A stretch of 62,775 nt of DNA, the filler included, from Candidatus Zapsychrus exili (lineage in GTDB: Bacteria; Omnitrophota; Gorgyraeia; Zapsychrales; Zapsychraceae): assembly GCA_030765585.1 (NCBI GenBank). It is 5 parts of 5 records of this genome, joined end to end, with 100 filler letters (N's around TTAATTAATTAA, not from the genome) between each part and the next. Parts side by side here need not be neighbours in the genome. Positions count along the whole stretch, not along the records: positions 1 to 13,732 come from JAVCCJ010000052.1; 4 more parts are not named here. One strand, written 5' to 3'. Under the pieces are notes generated by a model. It worked only from the letters and a program-made list of their open reading frames with translations, did no database searches and had not been told where the DNA came from. Shown in pieces: positions 1 to 10,825 of the stretch (positions are counted from its first letter, which is position 1; every line of letters begins with the position of its first letter). Both the position numbers and the translations under genes were made by a program.

Positions 1-39
1 ATGAACCATACATCTATAAATCTTTCTAAAAGTATTCAT
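1..39 (-). CDS. 5' fragment of a gene running off the window start (MNTFRKIYRCMVH...)
   Basis: ATG at 39-37 preceded by GGGAGG SD (cctccc 46-51), directly after the stop of the upstream epimerase; product unknown. Confidence 0.45.
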   Translation of the reverse strand, partial: MNTFRKIYRCMVH

Positions 40-52
40 TTTCAACCTCCCT

Positions 53-982
53 TTAAATATTTGAATATTGACTGCGTTTAATAATTTTATAACCTTTAAT
101 AAGCTCTTTTATTCCGTCGGCAAGTGATACTTTTTGCTTGAAACCTGCCTTTTCTATTTTTTCATTGCTTACTATGTAATCTCTTTTATCTGGATCCTCT
201 CCAATAGATGCCTCCGCAAAGTAAAATTCAGAAACTTGCTTTTTTATTTCTTCACATAATTCAAGCTTACTTAAGTTCGCATCAGATAAGCCAACATTGT
301 ATGGTTCATTCTCCATCTCTTTAAAATTATTTAAAGAATGTATAAATGCTCCTGCTACATCACGAACATGAATAAAATTACGCTTAAAATGTGCTTCAAA
401 CAAAATTATACATCTGTCATAAACAGCTCTGTAAACAAAATCATTAACTAATAAATCTAATCTCATTCTAGGACTTACCCCAAATGCTGTCGCAAGTCTT
501 AACGTAATACCACCTGAATCTAAAATAGCTTTCTCTGCGTCACATTTAAGCTGTCCATAAAGAGATACCGGTCTTAATGGCGTTTCTTCTGTGCAAAACT
601 TACCCTTTTCTCCTACTCCGTAACCGCTATTTGTCGTCGGGAATATTACCATCTGATCTTTGCTTTTTAAACTTAATATAAGATTAACTGCATCAAACAG
701 AATAGCTTTAGCAGCATCTGGCTCTTTTTTACATAGCGGAGCACCTGTCAAACATGCAAGAGGAAAAATTGCGTCCGCACTTTTCATTAGTTCTGATATA
801 ACAACTTTATCTCTTGTATCTCCTCTAACAATATCTAAATTCGGATTATTACAACAATCCAGAAGAGATGTTTGATTGTACATAAAATTATCTAAGACCG
901 TCACTTTATGCCCTTCTTTTAACAGCTCTGGAACCATAACAGATCCCAAATATCCAGCACCACCTGTAATTAAAATATTCAT
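53..982 (-). CDS. NAD-dependent epimerase/dehydratase (extended SDR)
   Basis: MNILITGGAGYLGS Rossmann motif, YGQLK catalytic motif; start chosen at 982 behind AAGGA SD (ORF extends to 1000). Confidence 0.85.
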   Translation of the reverse strand: MNILITGGAGYLGSVMVPELLKEGHKVTVLDNFMYNQTSLLDCCNNPNLDIVRGDTRDKVVISELMKSADAIFPLACLTGAPLCKKEPDAAKAILFDAVNLILSLKSKDQMVIFPTTNSGYGVGEKGKFCTEETPLRPVSLYGQLKCDAEKAILDSGGITLRLATAFGVSPRMRLDLLVNDFVYRAVYDRCIILFEAHFKRNFIHVRDVAGAFIHSLNNFKEMENEPYNVGLSDANLSKLELCEEIKKQVSEFYFAEASIGEDPDKRDYIVSNEKIEKAGFKQKVSLADGIKELIKGYKIIKRSQYSNI

Positions 983-996
983 AAAAATTCCTTTTG

Positions 997-1908
997 TCAA
1001 CGGTTATACATTTCTTTTATTCCCTTTAATAAATCATGCTCAGCATTCCAGCCCAACTCAATTATCTTGCTATTATCCAATAACTTTTGCATTGTTCCGT
1101 CTGGTTTACTGTCATCAAATATAATATTCCCTTTAAAACCTGATATGTCTTTTATGATTTGAACCACTTCATTAATTGTTACATCATATCCGCAACCAAT
1201 ATTTATAAGCTCAACATCCTCATATTTATCCATTAAAAATAAAGCTGCAGATGCAAAATCGTCAGCATGTAAAAATTCGCGTCTAGGCTTTCCTGTTCCC
1301 CACACAATAACCTCATTTTGATTCTCTACAACAGCAGTTTTAAATTTATCTATTAAAGCTTCAATAACATGTGCTGATTTTAAATTAACTTTCTTTTGCG
1401 GCCCATAAATCGTTGGCAGAATAGCAACTATTGCATTTAAGCCGTACTGCTCTCTAAATGCCTGACACGACCTTATCCCAGCAAGCTTTGCCGTGGAGTA
1501 GCTTACAGATGTTTCCTCCATTTTGCCTGTTCCAATATATTCTTCTTTCATTGGCTGTTCACATATTTTTGGATAAACACAAGAACTTGCAAAATAAATA
1601 AGCTTTTTAACCTCAAACTTGTTTGCAACATACAAAACATTACTCTGACTCATTTGATTATGATAAATAAATTCAGCTGCTTGTTTTTGATTTGCCTCAA
1701 TACCTCCAGAACGCGTTGAACACAAGAAAACATACTCGGGACGTTTTTGTTGAAAGAAATGATACACGGAAGATTGTATTGCTGCATCTAAGGCCATTTT
1801 ACAAGACGAGAAAACATTATTAAATCCGCTAGCTTTCAAGCAATCTTTTAAAGAGTTTTCAATAACATCATTAGCCCCTACAATAAGTATTTTAGAATTT
1901 TGTTCCAT
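997..1908 (-). CDS. fcl: GDP-L-fucose synthase-like epimerase/reductase with degenerate N-terminal NADP motif
   Basis: GGIEAN, SSCVYPK, YSTAK, WGTGKPRREFLHADD, KPDGTMQKLLD match the Fcl/WcaG family. Confidence 0.75.
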   Translation of the reverse strand: MEQNSKILIVGANDVIENSLKDCLKASGFNNVFSSCKMALDAAIQSSVYHFFQQKRPEYVFLCSTRSGGIEANQKQAAEFIYHNQMSQSNVLYVANKFEVKKLIYFASSCVYPKICEQPMKEEYIGTGKMEETSVSYSTAKLAGIRSCQAFREQYGLNAIVAILPTIYGPQKKVNLKSAHVIEALIDKFKTAVVENQNEVIVWGTGKPRREFLHADDFASAALFLMDKYEDVELINIGCGYDVTINEVVQIIKDISGFKGNIIFDDSKPDGTMQKLLDNSKIIELGWNAEHDLLKGIKEMYNR

Positions 1909-1912
1909 AATT

Positions 1913-2956
1913 TTATTCTTTAACTAATTCTTTTGCTACAGAAATAATTTCTTTGACCCCTGGATAAAAAGCATTCTCTAAAACAAAACTACCAGGTGTT
2001 GATATGCCAGGAAAGGCTACTTTTTTTGGTGGAGCCTTAAGATAGCTTAATCCTTTTTCTGCTACAACAGATATAACTTCAGAGCTAAATCCGCCTGTCT
2101 TCCAGCTTAAATCAGCAACTAGTAATTTTCCTGTTTTCTTAACTGATTTTAAAATAATATCTTCATCTAATGGCTTAAGTGTTCTTGGGTCAATGACTTC
2201 AACACTTATGCCTTGTTTCTCTAATTCTTCTGCAGCTCGTAATGATTCAATAACCATATGGGATACTGCTAATATTGTTAAATCTGTTCCTTTTTTTCTC
2301 ACAACGCCTTCTCCGAAAGGAATAGAATAAATATGTTCTGGCACATAACTTTGATGTTTATAAAGCCAACGTTGTTCAAAAAATATAACTGGATTATTAT
2401 CTGCGATTGCTGTAATTAAAAGTCCTTTAGCGTCATAGCTTGTTGTAGGCATAACAACTTTCAATCCTGGTATATGAACAAAAAGAGACTGTAAAGCTTG
2501 TGAATGTTGCGCAGCAGATCCCCAACCACGACCAATACAAGAACGTATAACAATTGGCATTGGAACTTGCCCTGCGAACATATAGCTCCACTTTGATGCA
2601 TGATTAACAATTTGATCCATTGCAAGTAACAAAAAGTCTGGGCGATTATGCACATATACTGGACGCATACCTGCCATAGCAGATCCAACTGCAATACCTG
2701 TCATACCTAATTCAGACAAAGGAGTGTCAAACACCCTTGTCGTGCCATATTTTTTATAAAGACCATCGGTCGAACCAAACATCCCGCCTGGATCATTGAC
2801 ACCTTGACCCATAACATAGACGCTAGGGTCTTGCTCTAAAGCTTGATCTAAGGCTTCTTTTAAGGCGTCGCCAAACGAAAGCTTCCTTACATCACGACCA
2901 GCATCGCCATCAAAATGTGGCTCTTCTCTTTCTACTTGTAATTTTGTCCAAGGCAT
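1913..2956 (-). CDS. TPP-dependent 2-oxoacid dehydrogenase E1 beta-like subunit
   Basis: RVFDTPLSE, DQIVNHASK, QHSQ, EVIDPRTLKPLD motifs. Confidence 0.85.
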   Translation of the reverse strand: MPWTKLQVEREEPHFDGDAGRDVRKLSFGDALKEALDQALEQDPSVYVMGQGVNDPGGMFGSTDGLYKKYGTTRVFDTPLSELGMTGIAVGSAMAGMRPVYVHNRPDFLLLAMDQIVNHASKWSYMFAGQVPMPIVIRSCIGRGWGSAAQHSQALQSLFVHIPGLKVVMPTTSYDAKGLLITAIADNNPVIFFEQRWLYKHQSYVPEHIYSIPFGEGVVRKKGTDLTILAVSHMVIESLRAAEELEKQGISVEVIDPRTLKPLDEDIILKSVKKTGKLLVADLSWKTGGFSSEVISVVAEKGLSYLKAPPKKVAFPGISTPGSFVLENAFYPGVKEIISVAKELVKE

Positions 2957-2972
2957 AAATAAACCCTATTTA

Positions 2973-3947
2973 TTATTCACAATATAAATATTTTTCTAAA
3001 TCTTTCACGTCTGGCAAAGGACTCGTTTCCCCATACTCAAATGCAATTTTAATTTCTTTATCAATTTCTTCATTTATACAATCTACTTCTTTTTGTGTAA
3101 TAACATTCTTGTCTAACAAATCTTTTTTTAAACCAACTATAGGGTCACAAACCGTTTCGTCATTAAACACATCTTCCTTTCTACGATATTGTTCTGCTAA
3201 AGGATCTCCTGCCCCAGCATGTCCACGCCAACGCTGCACAATACATTCAATAAAATATGGACCTTTGCCTGACCTGGCATATTCAATTGCCTCACGAGAT
3301 TTCTGATAAACTTCAACTGCATTCATTCCATCGATTGTAATAGCTGGCATTCCAAAGCCAGAAACTCTTTTTGCTATTGACACTTTAGGCTGACGAACAT
3401 CTATATGAGAACACACTGAATAATGATTATTTTCACAAATAAAAACAACTGGAAGATTTTTTAAATTTGCCCAATTTAGACTTTCTTGTAGAACGCCTTC
3501 TTCACTTGCAGCATCACCAAAAAAACTTACTGCTACTAAATCTTTTTTTTGCATTACAAAAGCCATAGCAGAACCTACCGCATGCGGAATTGAACCCGCT
3601 ACAATAGCCGAGCTTCCATAGTGCCCCACAGATGTATCAATTAAATGCATCGAGCCGCCTCTGCCGCGAGCACAACCTGTTTCCTTGCAAAAAAGTTCTG
3701 CCATCATAGAATTTAAATTTCCACCTTTTGCTAAATAATGTCCATGACTTCTATGATTACTAAAAATTCTATCTTCTTTTTTTAAGTTAGAACAAACACC
3801 AACGGACACTGCCTCTTGACCTAAGCAAAGATGTACGGGAGTCTTCATCTGATCCTCATGATAGTGTTCTTCTATCACAAGCTCGACTTGACGAATCCTA
3901 ACCATGTTTTTAAAAAGTTCAATTAGTGTTTTTGAATCAATACTCAT
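2973..3947 (-). CDS. TPP-dependent dehydrogenase E1 alpha-like subunit
   Basis: HLCLGQEA, HRSHGHYLAKG, GRGGSMH, FFGDAA...CENN TPP motif, RWRGH. Confidence 0.85.
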   Translation of the reverse strand: MSIDSKTLIELFKNMVRIRQVELVIEEHYHEDQMKTPVHLCLGQEAVSVGVCSNLKKEDRIFSNHRSHGHYLAKGGNLNSMMAELFCKETGCARGRGGSMHLIDTSVGHYGSSAIVAGSIPHAVGSAMAFVMQKKDLVAVSFFGDAASEEGVLQESLNWANLKNLPVVFICENNHYSVCSHIDVRQPKVSIAKRVSGFGMPAITIDGMNAVEVYQKSREAIEYARSGKGPYFIECIVQRWRGHAGAGDPLAEQYRRKEDVFNDETVCDPIVGLKKDLLDKNVITQKEVDCINEEIDKEIKIAFEYGETSPLPDVKDLEKYLYCE

Positions 3948-3949
3948 AA

Positions 3950-4894
3950 TTATCTGTTTTCTTTAAACCACTCCATAGTCTCTTTTAACCCTTTTTCTAA
4001 CTTCACTTTTGGAGACCATTTAAGATGTTTGCGAGCCAAATATATATTTGGGCATCTTTGTTTAGGATCATCTATCGGAAGGGGTTGAAAAGTAATTTTA
4101 CTTTTAGAACTTGCTTGAGCTTTTACCTGTTTGGCAAATTCTAATATTGTAAATTCATCGGGGTTTCCAATATTAATAGGCCCTGAAACTTTAGAATAAA
4201 GTAATTTTATAATTCCTTCAATTAAATCAGAATAGAAACAAAAAGACCTAGTTTGCTTCCCATTGCCATAAACCGTTATGTCTTTATTGTGCAATGCCTG
4301 ATGAATAAAATTAGGAACAACTCGCCCATCATTTATTCTCATTCGTGGACCATAAGTATTAAAAATTCTTATAATCTTTGTATCCACTTTATGATAATTT
4401 CTATAGGCTAAAACAATTGCCTCTGCAAATCTTTTTGCCTCATCATATACACCACGTGGTCCAATAGGATTAACATTGCCCCAATAAGTTTCTTTTTGAG
4501 GATGAACCAAAGGATCGCCGTACACTTCTGAAGTTGATGCTAATAAATACCGTGCTTTCTTAAGTTTTGCTAAGCCTAGAGTATTATGCGAACCTAGAGA
4601 GCCTACTTTTAAAGTTTGAATAGGTAGTTTAAGATAATCAACTGGACTTGCAGGCGATGCAAAATGCAATACATAATCAACTTTACCTTTTATCTTTATC
4701 TCTTTTGATGCATCGTGTTTTATAAATTCAAAATCTTTATTCTTTGATTGATGTTTTATATTCTTTAAATTTCCTGTAATTAAATTATCGACACATATTA
4801 CCTTCATACCCTCGTCGACTAATCTATCACAAAGATGGCTACCTAAAAATCCAGCTCCACCAGTTACAACAACAACCTTCTTGTTCTTTGCCAT
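3950..4894 (-). CDS. UDP-glucuronate decarboxylase (UDP-xylose synthase) family
   Basis: [45 protein letters not shown]. Confidence 0.9.
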   Translation of the reverse strand: MAKNKKVVVVTGGAGFLGSHLCDRLVDEGMKVICVDNLITGNLKNIKHQSKNKDFEFIKHDASKEIKIKGKVDYVLHFASPASPVDYLKLPIQTLKVGSLGSHNTLGLAKLKKARYLLASTSEVYGDPLVHPQKETYWGNVNPIGPRGVYDEAKRFAEAIVLAYRNYHKVDTKIIRIFNTYGPRMRINDGRVVPNFIHQALHNKDITVYGNGKQTRSFCFYSDLIEGIIKLLYSKVSGPINIGNPDEFTILEFAKQVKAQASSKSKITFQPLPIDDPKQRCPNIYLARKHLKWSPKVKLEKGLKETMEWFKENR

Positions 4895-4905
4895 TACATC
4901 TCCCT

Positions 4906-6204
4906 CTATATTTTAATTACCTTATTGCTTTTAGTTTTTCCGTAAACATTTCTAGTATCAAAGACTAGCTTTGACTCCTTTAATATTCTCGAATAATTAA
5001 CCTTAGTGTGATCTGTCGCAATAATTACAACATCATACTTAGACAATTTTACTTTATTTAACTTTATAGATTCTTGATCAATCTTTCCTATTTTCAGATA
5101 AGGAATTAACGGATCATAATAATCTACTTTTGCCTGTTTTTGCTGCAACATCTCAATTAATTTTAGAGATGGAGATTTTCTTAAATCTTTAACATCTTTC
5201 TTATAAGTTACCCCAACAACTAAAAACTTACCATTCTCTATTTTCTTGCCCTTAACCTTTAAGATATCTGTTAGGCGTCCAACTGCATAATTAGGCATAT
5301 GAGAATTAATATCTGCAGCAAGTTTTATAAATTTCGCATTAAAACCATATCTCTTTGCTTTCCAGTAAAGATATAATGGATCATCTGGTATACAATGACC
5401 ACCTACTCCTAATCCTGGATAAAATGGCATATATCCAAATGGCTTCGTTTTAGCAGCTTCAATTACTTCCCACACATCAACGCCCATTTTCTGTGACATC
5501 ATTGCTATTTCATTTATCCATCCAATATTGATAATACGAAAAGAGTTTTCAAGAAGCTTTGTCATCTCTGCAGCTTTAGCTGAGCTAACTATGTGTACTT
5601 CTTTTATAATCTTCTTATAAAGTTCTGCCGTTAACTCTCCACTTTTTAAACTAGTTCCGCCGACAATCTTCGGAATTCTCGTAACATCATACTTTTTATT
5701 ACCTGGATCAATTCTTTCTGGAGAAAACGATAAAAAGAAATCCTTATCACAAACAAGTCCACCCTTCTCTAACTCTGGCTTTATCAGCTCTTCCGTTGTT
5801 CCAGGGTAAGTTGTACTTTCTAAAACAACAAGAGTACCCTTCTTCAAATACTTTCTAATACTTTTTACTGCACTTAATATAAATTTAATATCAGGAGTGT
5901 ATTTTCTTTTAAGCGGAGTTGGTACGCAAATAAGTGCAACGTCAGACTCTTCTATAACTTTAAAATCTGTTGTAGCAACTAATTTACCACTATTTACTAC
6001 TTTTGCTAATTCCTTCTTTGGTATGTCTAATATATAATTTATCTTCTTATTAATTCTATCGACTCTATCAAAATCACTATCTAGACCAAATACTTTAAAG
6101 CCTGCTTTTGCAAAATTAACAGCTAAAGGCAGCCCTACATAGCCTAATCCTATTACAGTTATTTTTGCTTTCTTCGTTATTATTTTTTGTTTTAAATTAT
6201 TCAT
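4906..6204 (-). CDS. Nucleotide-sugar 6-dehydrogenase (WbpA/WecC-like UDP-HexNAc dehydrogenase)
   Basis: [37 protein letters not shown]. Confidence 0.85.
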   Translation of the reverse strand: MNNLKQKIITKKAKITVIGLGYVGLPLAVNFAKAGFKVFGLDSDFDRVDRINKKINYILDIPKKELAKVVNSGKLVATTDFKVIEESDVALICVPTPLKRKYTPDIKFILSAVKSIRKYLKKGTLVVLESTTYPGTTEELIKPELEKGGLVCDKDFFLSFSPERIDPGNKKYDVTRIPKIVGGTSLKSGELTAELYKKIIKEVHIVSSAKAAEMTKLLENSFRIINIGWINEIAMMSQKMGVDVWEVIEAAKTKPFGYMPFYPGLGVGGHCIPDDPLYLYWKAKRYGFNAKFIKLAADINSHMPNYAVGRLTDILKVKGKKIENGKFLVVGVTYKKDVKDLRKSPSLKLIEMLQQKQAKVDYYDPLIPYLKIGKIDQESIKLNKVKLSKYDVVIIATDHTKVNYSRILKESKLVFDTRNVYGKTKSNKVIKI

Positions 6205-6235
6205 AATTCCCTTATTCTATTTATTTGGTCAATAT

Positions 6236-7555
6236 TTATACTCCTTGACCTATGCCGTAATATTCAAACCCTAGCTCTTCTAAGTCTTTACCATTATATA
6301 AATTTCTACCATCAAAGATTATAGGATGTCTCATAAGATTTTTTACTTTCTTAAAATTCAAGTCTTTAAATTCATCCCACTTCGTTAAAAGCAACACGCA
6401 ATCACAACCCTTTACTAGCGCATATGGATCCTTTGCGTAAGTAATGCCACGAATAACCTTTTTTGTATTCTCCATTGATACCGGATCATAAGCTTTGATT
6501 TTTGCGCCTTCAGACGCAAGCGCTTTTATAATATCAAGCGAAGGAGCGTTTCTCATGTCATCAGTATTAGGTTTAAAAGCAAGACCCAAAATACCTATAG
6601 TTTTATTCTTTACAATCCAAAGCTTATCTTCAATAAGTCTTACGAAGAACTCTCTCTGATTTATATTTATATTTCTAACTTCCTTTAAAAGATTAAAGTT
6701 GTATCCACTTTTTTCACTTAATCTAATAAAAGCATCAACGTCTTTAGGAAAACAACTTCCGCCATAACCAATACCAGCGTCTAAAAAACTTCTTCCAATT
6801 CTTTTATCAAGTCCCATACCTTCAGACACTTTAGATATATCTGCCCCAACCTTTTCGCAAACTTGAGAAAGCGCATTTACAAAAGATATTTTGGTTGCTA
6901 AAAATGAGTTTGATGCATGTTTAATTATTTCTGCTGAATTAATATTAGTTACAACTATTTTAGCGCGAAGTGGTTTGTAAATTTCCCTTAACAGTTTCTC
7001 TGCCTTTTTTGACTCAACTCCAATGACTACTCTATCCGGATTCATAAAGTCTTCAATAGCAGAACCTTCTCTTAAGAATTCTGGATTAGAGGCAACGTCA
7101 AAATCAATATTTAGTTTCTTTCCTTGTTTAAATTTCTTTGGCAAATTAAGTCGTATAGTCCTTGCTACTTTTTTACCAGTATCAGCCGGAACAGTGGATT
7201 TCTCTACAATAAGCTTATAAGAATCCATGGCTCGTGCTATTTCTCTTGCAACGTTTTCTACGTAAGTTAAATCAGCATCTCCATTCTTTTTTGAAGGAGT
7301 ACCAACAGCAATAAAAATAACAGTAGCTTTTCTTGTAGCATCTTTAACTGAAGTAGAAAAACTTATTTTTTTATTCTTTAAATATTTTTTAAGTAAGGCA
7401 TCTAAGCCTGGTTCATAAATAGGAACCTGGCCATCTTTTAATTTTTTTATTTTTTTACGATCCATATCAACGCATGTTACCTTGTGTCCTATATGCGCTA
7501 AACATACGCTCGTGACAAGTCCAACATACCCTGCTCCAATTATTGCTATTTCCAT
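6236..7555 (-). CDS. ugd: UDP-glucose 6-dehydrogenase
   Basis: GAGYVGL, SNPEFLREGSA, GYGGSCFPKD, GLAFKPNTDDMR. Confidence 0.9.
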   Translation of the reverse strand: MEIAIIGAGYVGLVTSVCLAHIGHKVTCVDMDRKKIKKLKDGQVPIYEPGLDALLKKYLKNKKISFSTSVKDATRKATVIFIAVGTPSKKNGDADLTYVENVAREIARAMDSYKLIVEKSTVPADTGKKVARTIRLNLPKKFKQGKKLNIDFDVASNPEFLREGSAIEDFMNPDRVVIGVESKKAEKLLREIYKPLRAKIVVTNINSAEIIKHASNSFLATKISFVNALSQVCEKVGADISKVSEGMGLDKRIGRSFLDAGIGYGGSCFPKDVDAFIRLSEKSGYNFNLLKEVRNININQREFFVRLIEDKLWIVKNKTIGILGLAFKPNTDDMRNAPSLDIIKALASEGAKIKAYDPVSMENTKKVIRGITYAKDPYALVKGCDCVLLLTKWDEFKDLNFKKVKNLMRHPIIFDGRNLYNGKDLEELGFEYYGIGQGV

Positions 7556-7564
7556 TGATACTCC

Positions 7565-9682
7565 TTATTCTGATTGCGACCCTGCTTTTCGTTTATTAAA
7601 ACTTGAACCAATATCAAATCCAATATTAGGAAATGCTTTTAGACGAAATACCAACAAAAACTCTTTTCCGTCTCCTCTTTTTTCTCTAAAACTAAAGTCC
7701 ATTTCCCAAGAATGTAGATCTCTTGTTAATGTATGTTGTTGTTCTTTCATACTTCTGACATCACTATCAAAATGTTGTATAAGTTCTAATTTCCATTTTT
7801 TATTAAACCTATAAGAAATTTCTGTTGATATTTGATTATCCGCATTATTAGTGTATCTATTGCTTATATTAAATTCCCACTTGTCTCCATTGTTTATATA
7901 GGCTTCAAAGTTAGCAGTGCTTAATGTTTCTTTATGCGTATCATACGCTGCATCAATATAAAACTCTAACCACTCTTTTGGTTTAAAATCAATGTCTAAA
8001 GTTATGCCGTCAAGACCTGAATCTGCAGGATCTTGTTTCAATTTATAATCGGTTGCTAAAATACATCTAATTAAATCTACTGTCTCTCCACCATTTTTAA
8101 CTTGCAGTTTATTTTCAATAGATAAATTTATATTATGAACATTATTTAAAGCATCTATGCTGTCATACTGATCTAGATCTGCAGGTAAAATTGTAGGATA
8201 ATTTGTATAATTATACGAAATTGTTGGCGTTATGATATGCCTTGCTTTTTCTATATCAATGCCTAGCACTCGCTTGTAAACTTCAAATATTTTATAAAAC
8301 TTCGTACTTACAGTAGCGCCTGTTTTAAAGATGCCTCTTATTACATCATATTTAGAAGTGTACTTCGTTTTGCTATAATATGTTTGTTGAGTTCCAACGA
8401 AAGGATTAACTTCCAAGAAAGCTATTTTCATTGGATAAGATATTTGATTATCAGTATCAAACCTGGTTGTATTTAATCTAGCTTCTGATGGTGATGCTGT
8501 TTTACGAGCTAGTTTTGCGAAAGAAGTTGTATTCTTATAGTAAAACCCTGTATCCAATATTTCTCTATTTGGCATATTGTAAGTTATCTCAGGCAATCTC
8601 TCTACTGCAGACTGGTGACGGTTAACTCTTAGGTCTGTGCGGAAAGTAAGCGAGCTACGATCAAAATTCTTTGTTAAAACAAAAAACGTTGATGGCTGAC
8701 CATCTTCTTCATATTCTTTTTCAAAATAATCTTTTAAGAAATTAGTATCACTTGTCATATAATACTGCAACACAGCCTGAGTTCTCTTATCTATATCCCA
8801 TTTGTGACGCCATTCTACTTTATATCTTTCTGTCTCAACAGTTGGTGTTGCTCTAATTTTCCAAAACCTGCTTGCGTCAATTGCACGCTCATGCATATAG
8901 TAAGTTCTTATAATACCATCCCCCATATTTGGAATCTTATACTCTAAATCAATACCAGATGCGAAATCTTTTCTTTCTCTAATATCTAAATGTATTGATG
9001 CCTTAAGGTTTTCACTAAAATCATACATATACGTGGACAATAAAAATATACCCCAATCCTTATAGTATCCTGGGGTTAAAACCCAACGAGACCTTCTGTC
9101 TTTTAGATTTTGAGTATATTTTGTGAAATACATCAGCGGAAGCTTACCTACTATCCATTTGACATTGTGTCCTACTATTTTGTCTTTTGGATAAACATCT
9201 ATTTTATTTGACTTCATGCGCCAGCCAGGCTTATCATAATCTGAAGTTGTAATATAACCGTTATCTATAACTATTTTATTTTTAGATACCTTTGTGGCTT
9301 TATCACCTTCTCCGTAATATGGATGAGCTACAATCTTAGCATTATAAAAATCCCCTAAACCTGTATTGAGATTATAAGTTACCTTATATCCTGAAATCTC
9401 ACTTTGTTCAGACTTAAGAACTACATGGCCTTTTGCATTAGCTATCTTTGTGTCGCGAAAAAATTCTACTTCATCGCAAAAAAGAGTTTGACCTTTATGA
9501 ATAATGGAAACATTTCCCTTAGCAACAACTTTATTGCCATCGATAGAATATTCTACGATATCTCCATTTATTTCAACTGGCTCTTTGTCTTGAGCAAATA
9601 CATTTGTTGCAAATAAAAGAAAACTAACTGAGACAACAAGAATGCATGTTAAGCAAAAAGTTTTATTTCTTACTATATTCAA
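7565..9682 (-). CDS. lptD: LPS-assembly outer-membrane protein LptD-like
   Basis: Signal peptide, OstA-like N-domain (VEINGDIVEY...AKGNV), beta-strand-rich body, C-terminal RDLHSWEM...LKAFP. Confidence 0.7.
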   Translation of the reverse strand: MNIVRNKTFCLTCILVVSVSFLLFATNVFAQDKEPVEINGDIVEYSIDGNKVVAKGNVSIIHKGQTLFCDEVEFFRDTKIANAKGHVVLKSEQSEISGYKVTYNLNTGLGDFYNAKIVAHPYYGEGDKATKVSKNKIVIDNGYITTSDYDKPGWRMKSNKIDVYPKDKIVGHNVKWIVGKLPLMYFTKYTQNLKDRRSRWVLTPGYYKDWGIFLLSTYMYDFSENLKASIHLDIRERKDFASGIDLEYKIPNMGDGIIRTYYMHERAIDASRFWKIRATPTVETERYKVEWRHKWDIDKRTQAVLQYYMTSDTNFLKDYFEKEYEEDGQPSTFFVLTKNFDRSSLTFRTDLRVNRHQSAVERLPEITYNMPNREILDTGFYYKNTTSFAKLARKTASPSEARLNTTRFDTDNQISYPMKIAFLEVNPFVGTQQTYYSKTKYTSKYDVIRGIFKTGATVSTKFYKIFEVYKRVLGIDIEKARHIITPTISYNYTNYPTILPADLDQYDSIDALNNVHNINLSIENKLQVKNGGETVDLIRCILATDYKLKQDPADSGLDGITLDIDFKPKEWLEFYIDAAYDTHKETLSTANFEAYINNGDKWEFNISNRYTNNADNQISTEISYRFNKKWKLELIQHFDSDVRSMKEQQHTLTRDLHSWEMDFSFREKRGDGKEFLLVFRLKAFPNIGFDIGSSFNKRKAGSQSE

Positions 9683-10603
9683 TTATGCTCCCTTTACAAG
9701 TACATGTGCTCCAATAATAGCAGCATCATCACCTAATTTAGCTCGAACAATTTTCACCATATCAGCCTGAGTTTTCATAGCTCTTGACTTTATGGTGTTG
9801 CTTATTACTTTATTTAAATATTTATAACTTTTAGAAACCCCTCCACCAATAACAATTAGCCTAGGATTTAAAACATTAACTACACCAATTAAACCATTCC
9901 CTATATGTGCCGCAATTTCCTCCCAAAGCTGTATAGCACGAGTATTTTCTTTCTCTGCTAAATCAAAAACATCTTCTAACATAATATTCTTATTCTTAAA
10001 AATTTTAGCTGCCTTTTCTAAAATCTGTTTATTTCCTACATATTGTTCAAAACATCCTTGCGAACCACAATTGCAACTCGGACCTTTTTCATTAATTGGA
10101 ATATGACCTATTTCTCCTGCAACAAAACCTTCACCTCTATAAATACTATTATTTAAAATAAGTCCTCCACCAACACCAGTGCCAAGTGTAATACAAATCA
10201 AATTTTTATAACCACGACCTGCTCCGAACTTCCATTCACCAAGAGCCATAAGATTAACATCATTATCTAAAAAAACTGGAAGAGATATCTTTTTCTTTAA
10301 GATATTTTTAAGAGGAACATTTTTCCAACCAGGAATATTAGGCAAAAAATTAACAATACCAGCTTTAGCATCAACAAGACCTGGCAAACCAATACCAATT
10401 CCTAATACATTGCTTTTCAACACATTGTTTCTATCGATTAAACTAAGAATATTGTCTGCAATAGCTTTTATTAACTTCTGTTTATTACACGCAAAACTCT
10501 CTGTTGTCAAATCACTTCTGTCAATTATCTTGCCAGAACGATTTACAAGACCGAGCTTTATATTTGTGCCGCCTACATCAACTCCAATAGTAAAATTTTT
10601 CAT
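9683..10603 (-). CDS. ROK-family sugar kinase (glucokinase-like)
   Basis: GVDVGGTNIK, DNDVN, TLGTGVGGG, GEIGH, CNCGSQGCFE. Confidence 0.9.
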   Translation of the reverse strand: MKNFTIGVDVGGTNIKLGLVNRSGKIIDRSDLTTESFACNKQKLIKAIADNILSLIDRNNVLKSNVLGIGIGLPGLVDAKAGIVNFLPNIPGWKNVPLKNILKKKISLPVFLDNDVNLMALGEWKFGAGRGYKNLICITLGTGVGGGLILNNSIYRGEGFVAGEIGHIPINEKGPSCNCGSQGCFEQYVGNKQILEKAAKIFKNKNIMLEDVFDLAEKENTRAIQLWEEIAAHIGNGLIGVVNVLNPRLIVIGGGVSKSYKYLNKVISNTIKSRAMKTQADMVKIVRAKLGDDAAIIGAHVLVKGA

Positions 10604-10825
10604 AAAGTTATATTCCTATTTTTATAAATTTAAATAGATATATAAAAATTAATATTATTAGTATTAATATAATGGAAGATTAATGGCTCTATTCTACAAG
10701 ATAAAATTTTAATATTCAACCCAAATCTCATATTAGAACATAATAAAAGAAATTTAAGCTAAAAATCAATTCTTATGTGGAAAATGATGCTTTTCAAAGC
10801 AAAAGGTGGGAGTTTATGTGCTGTT

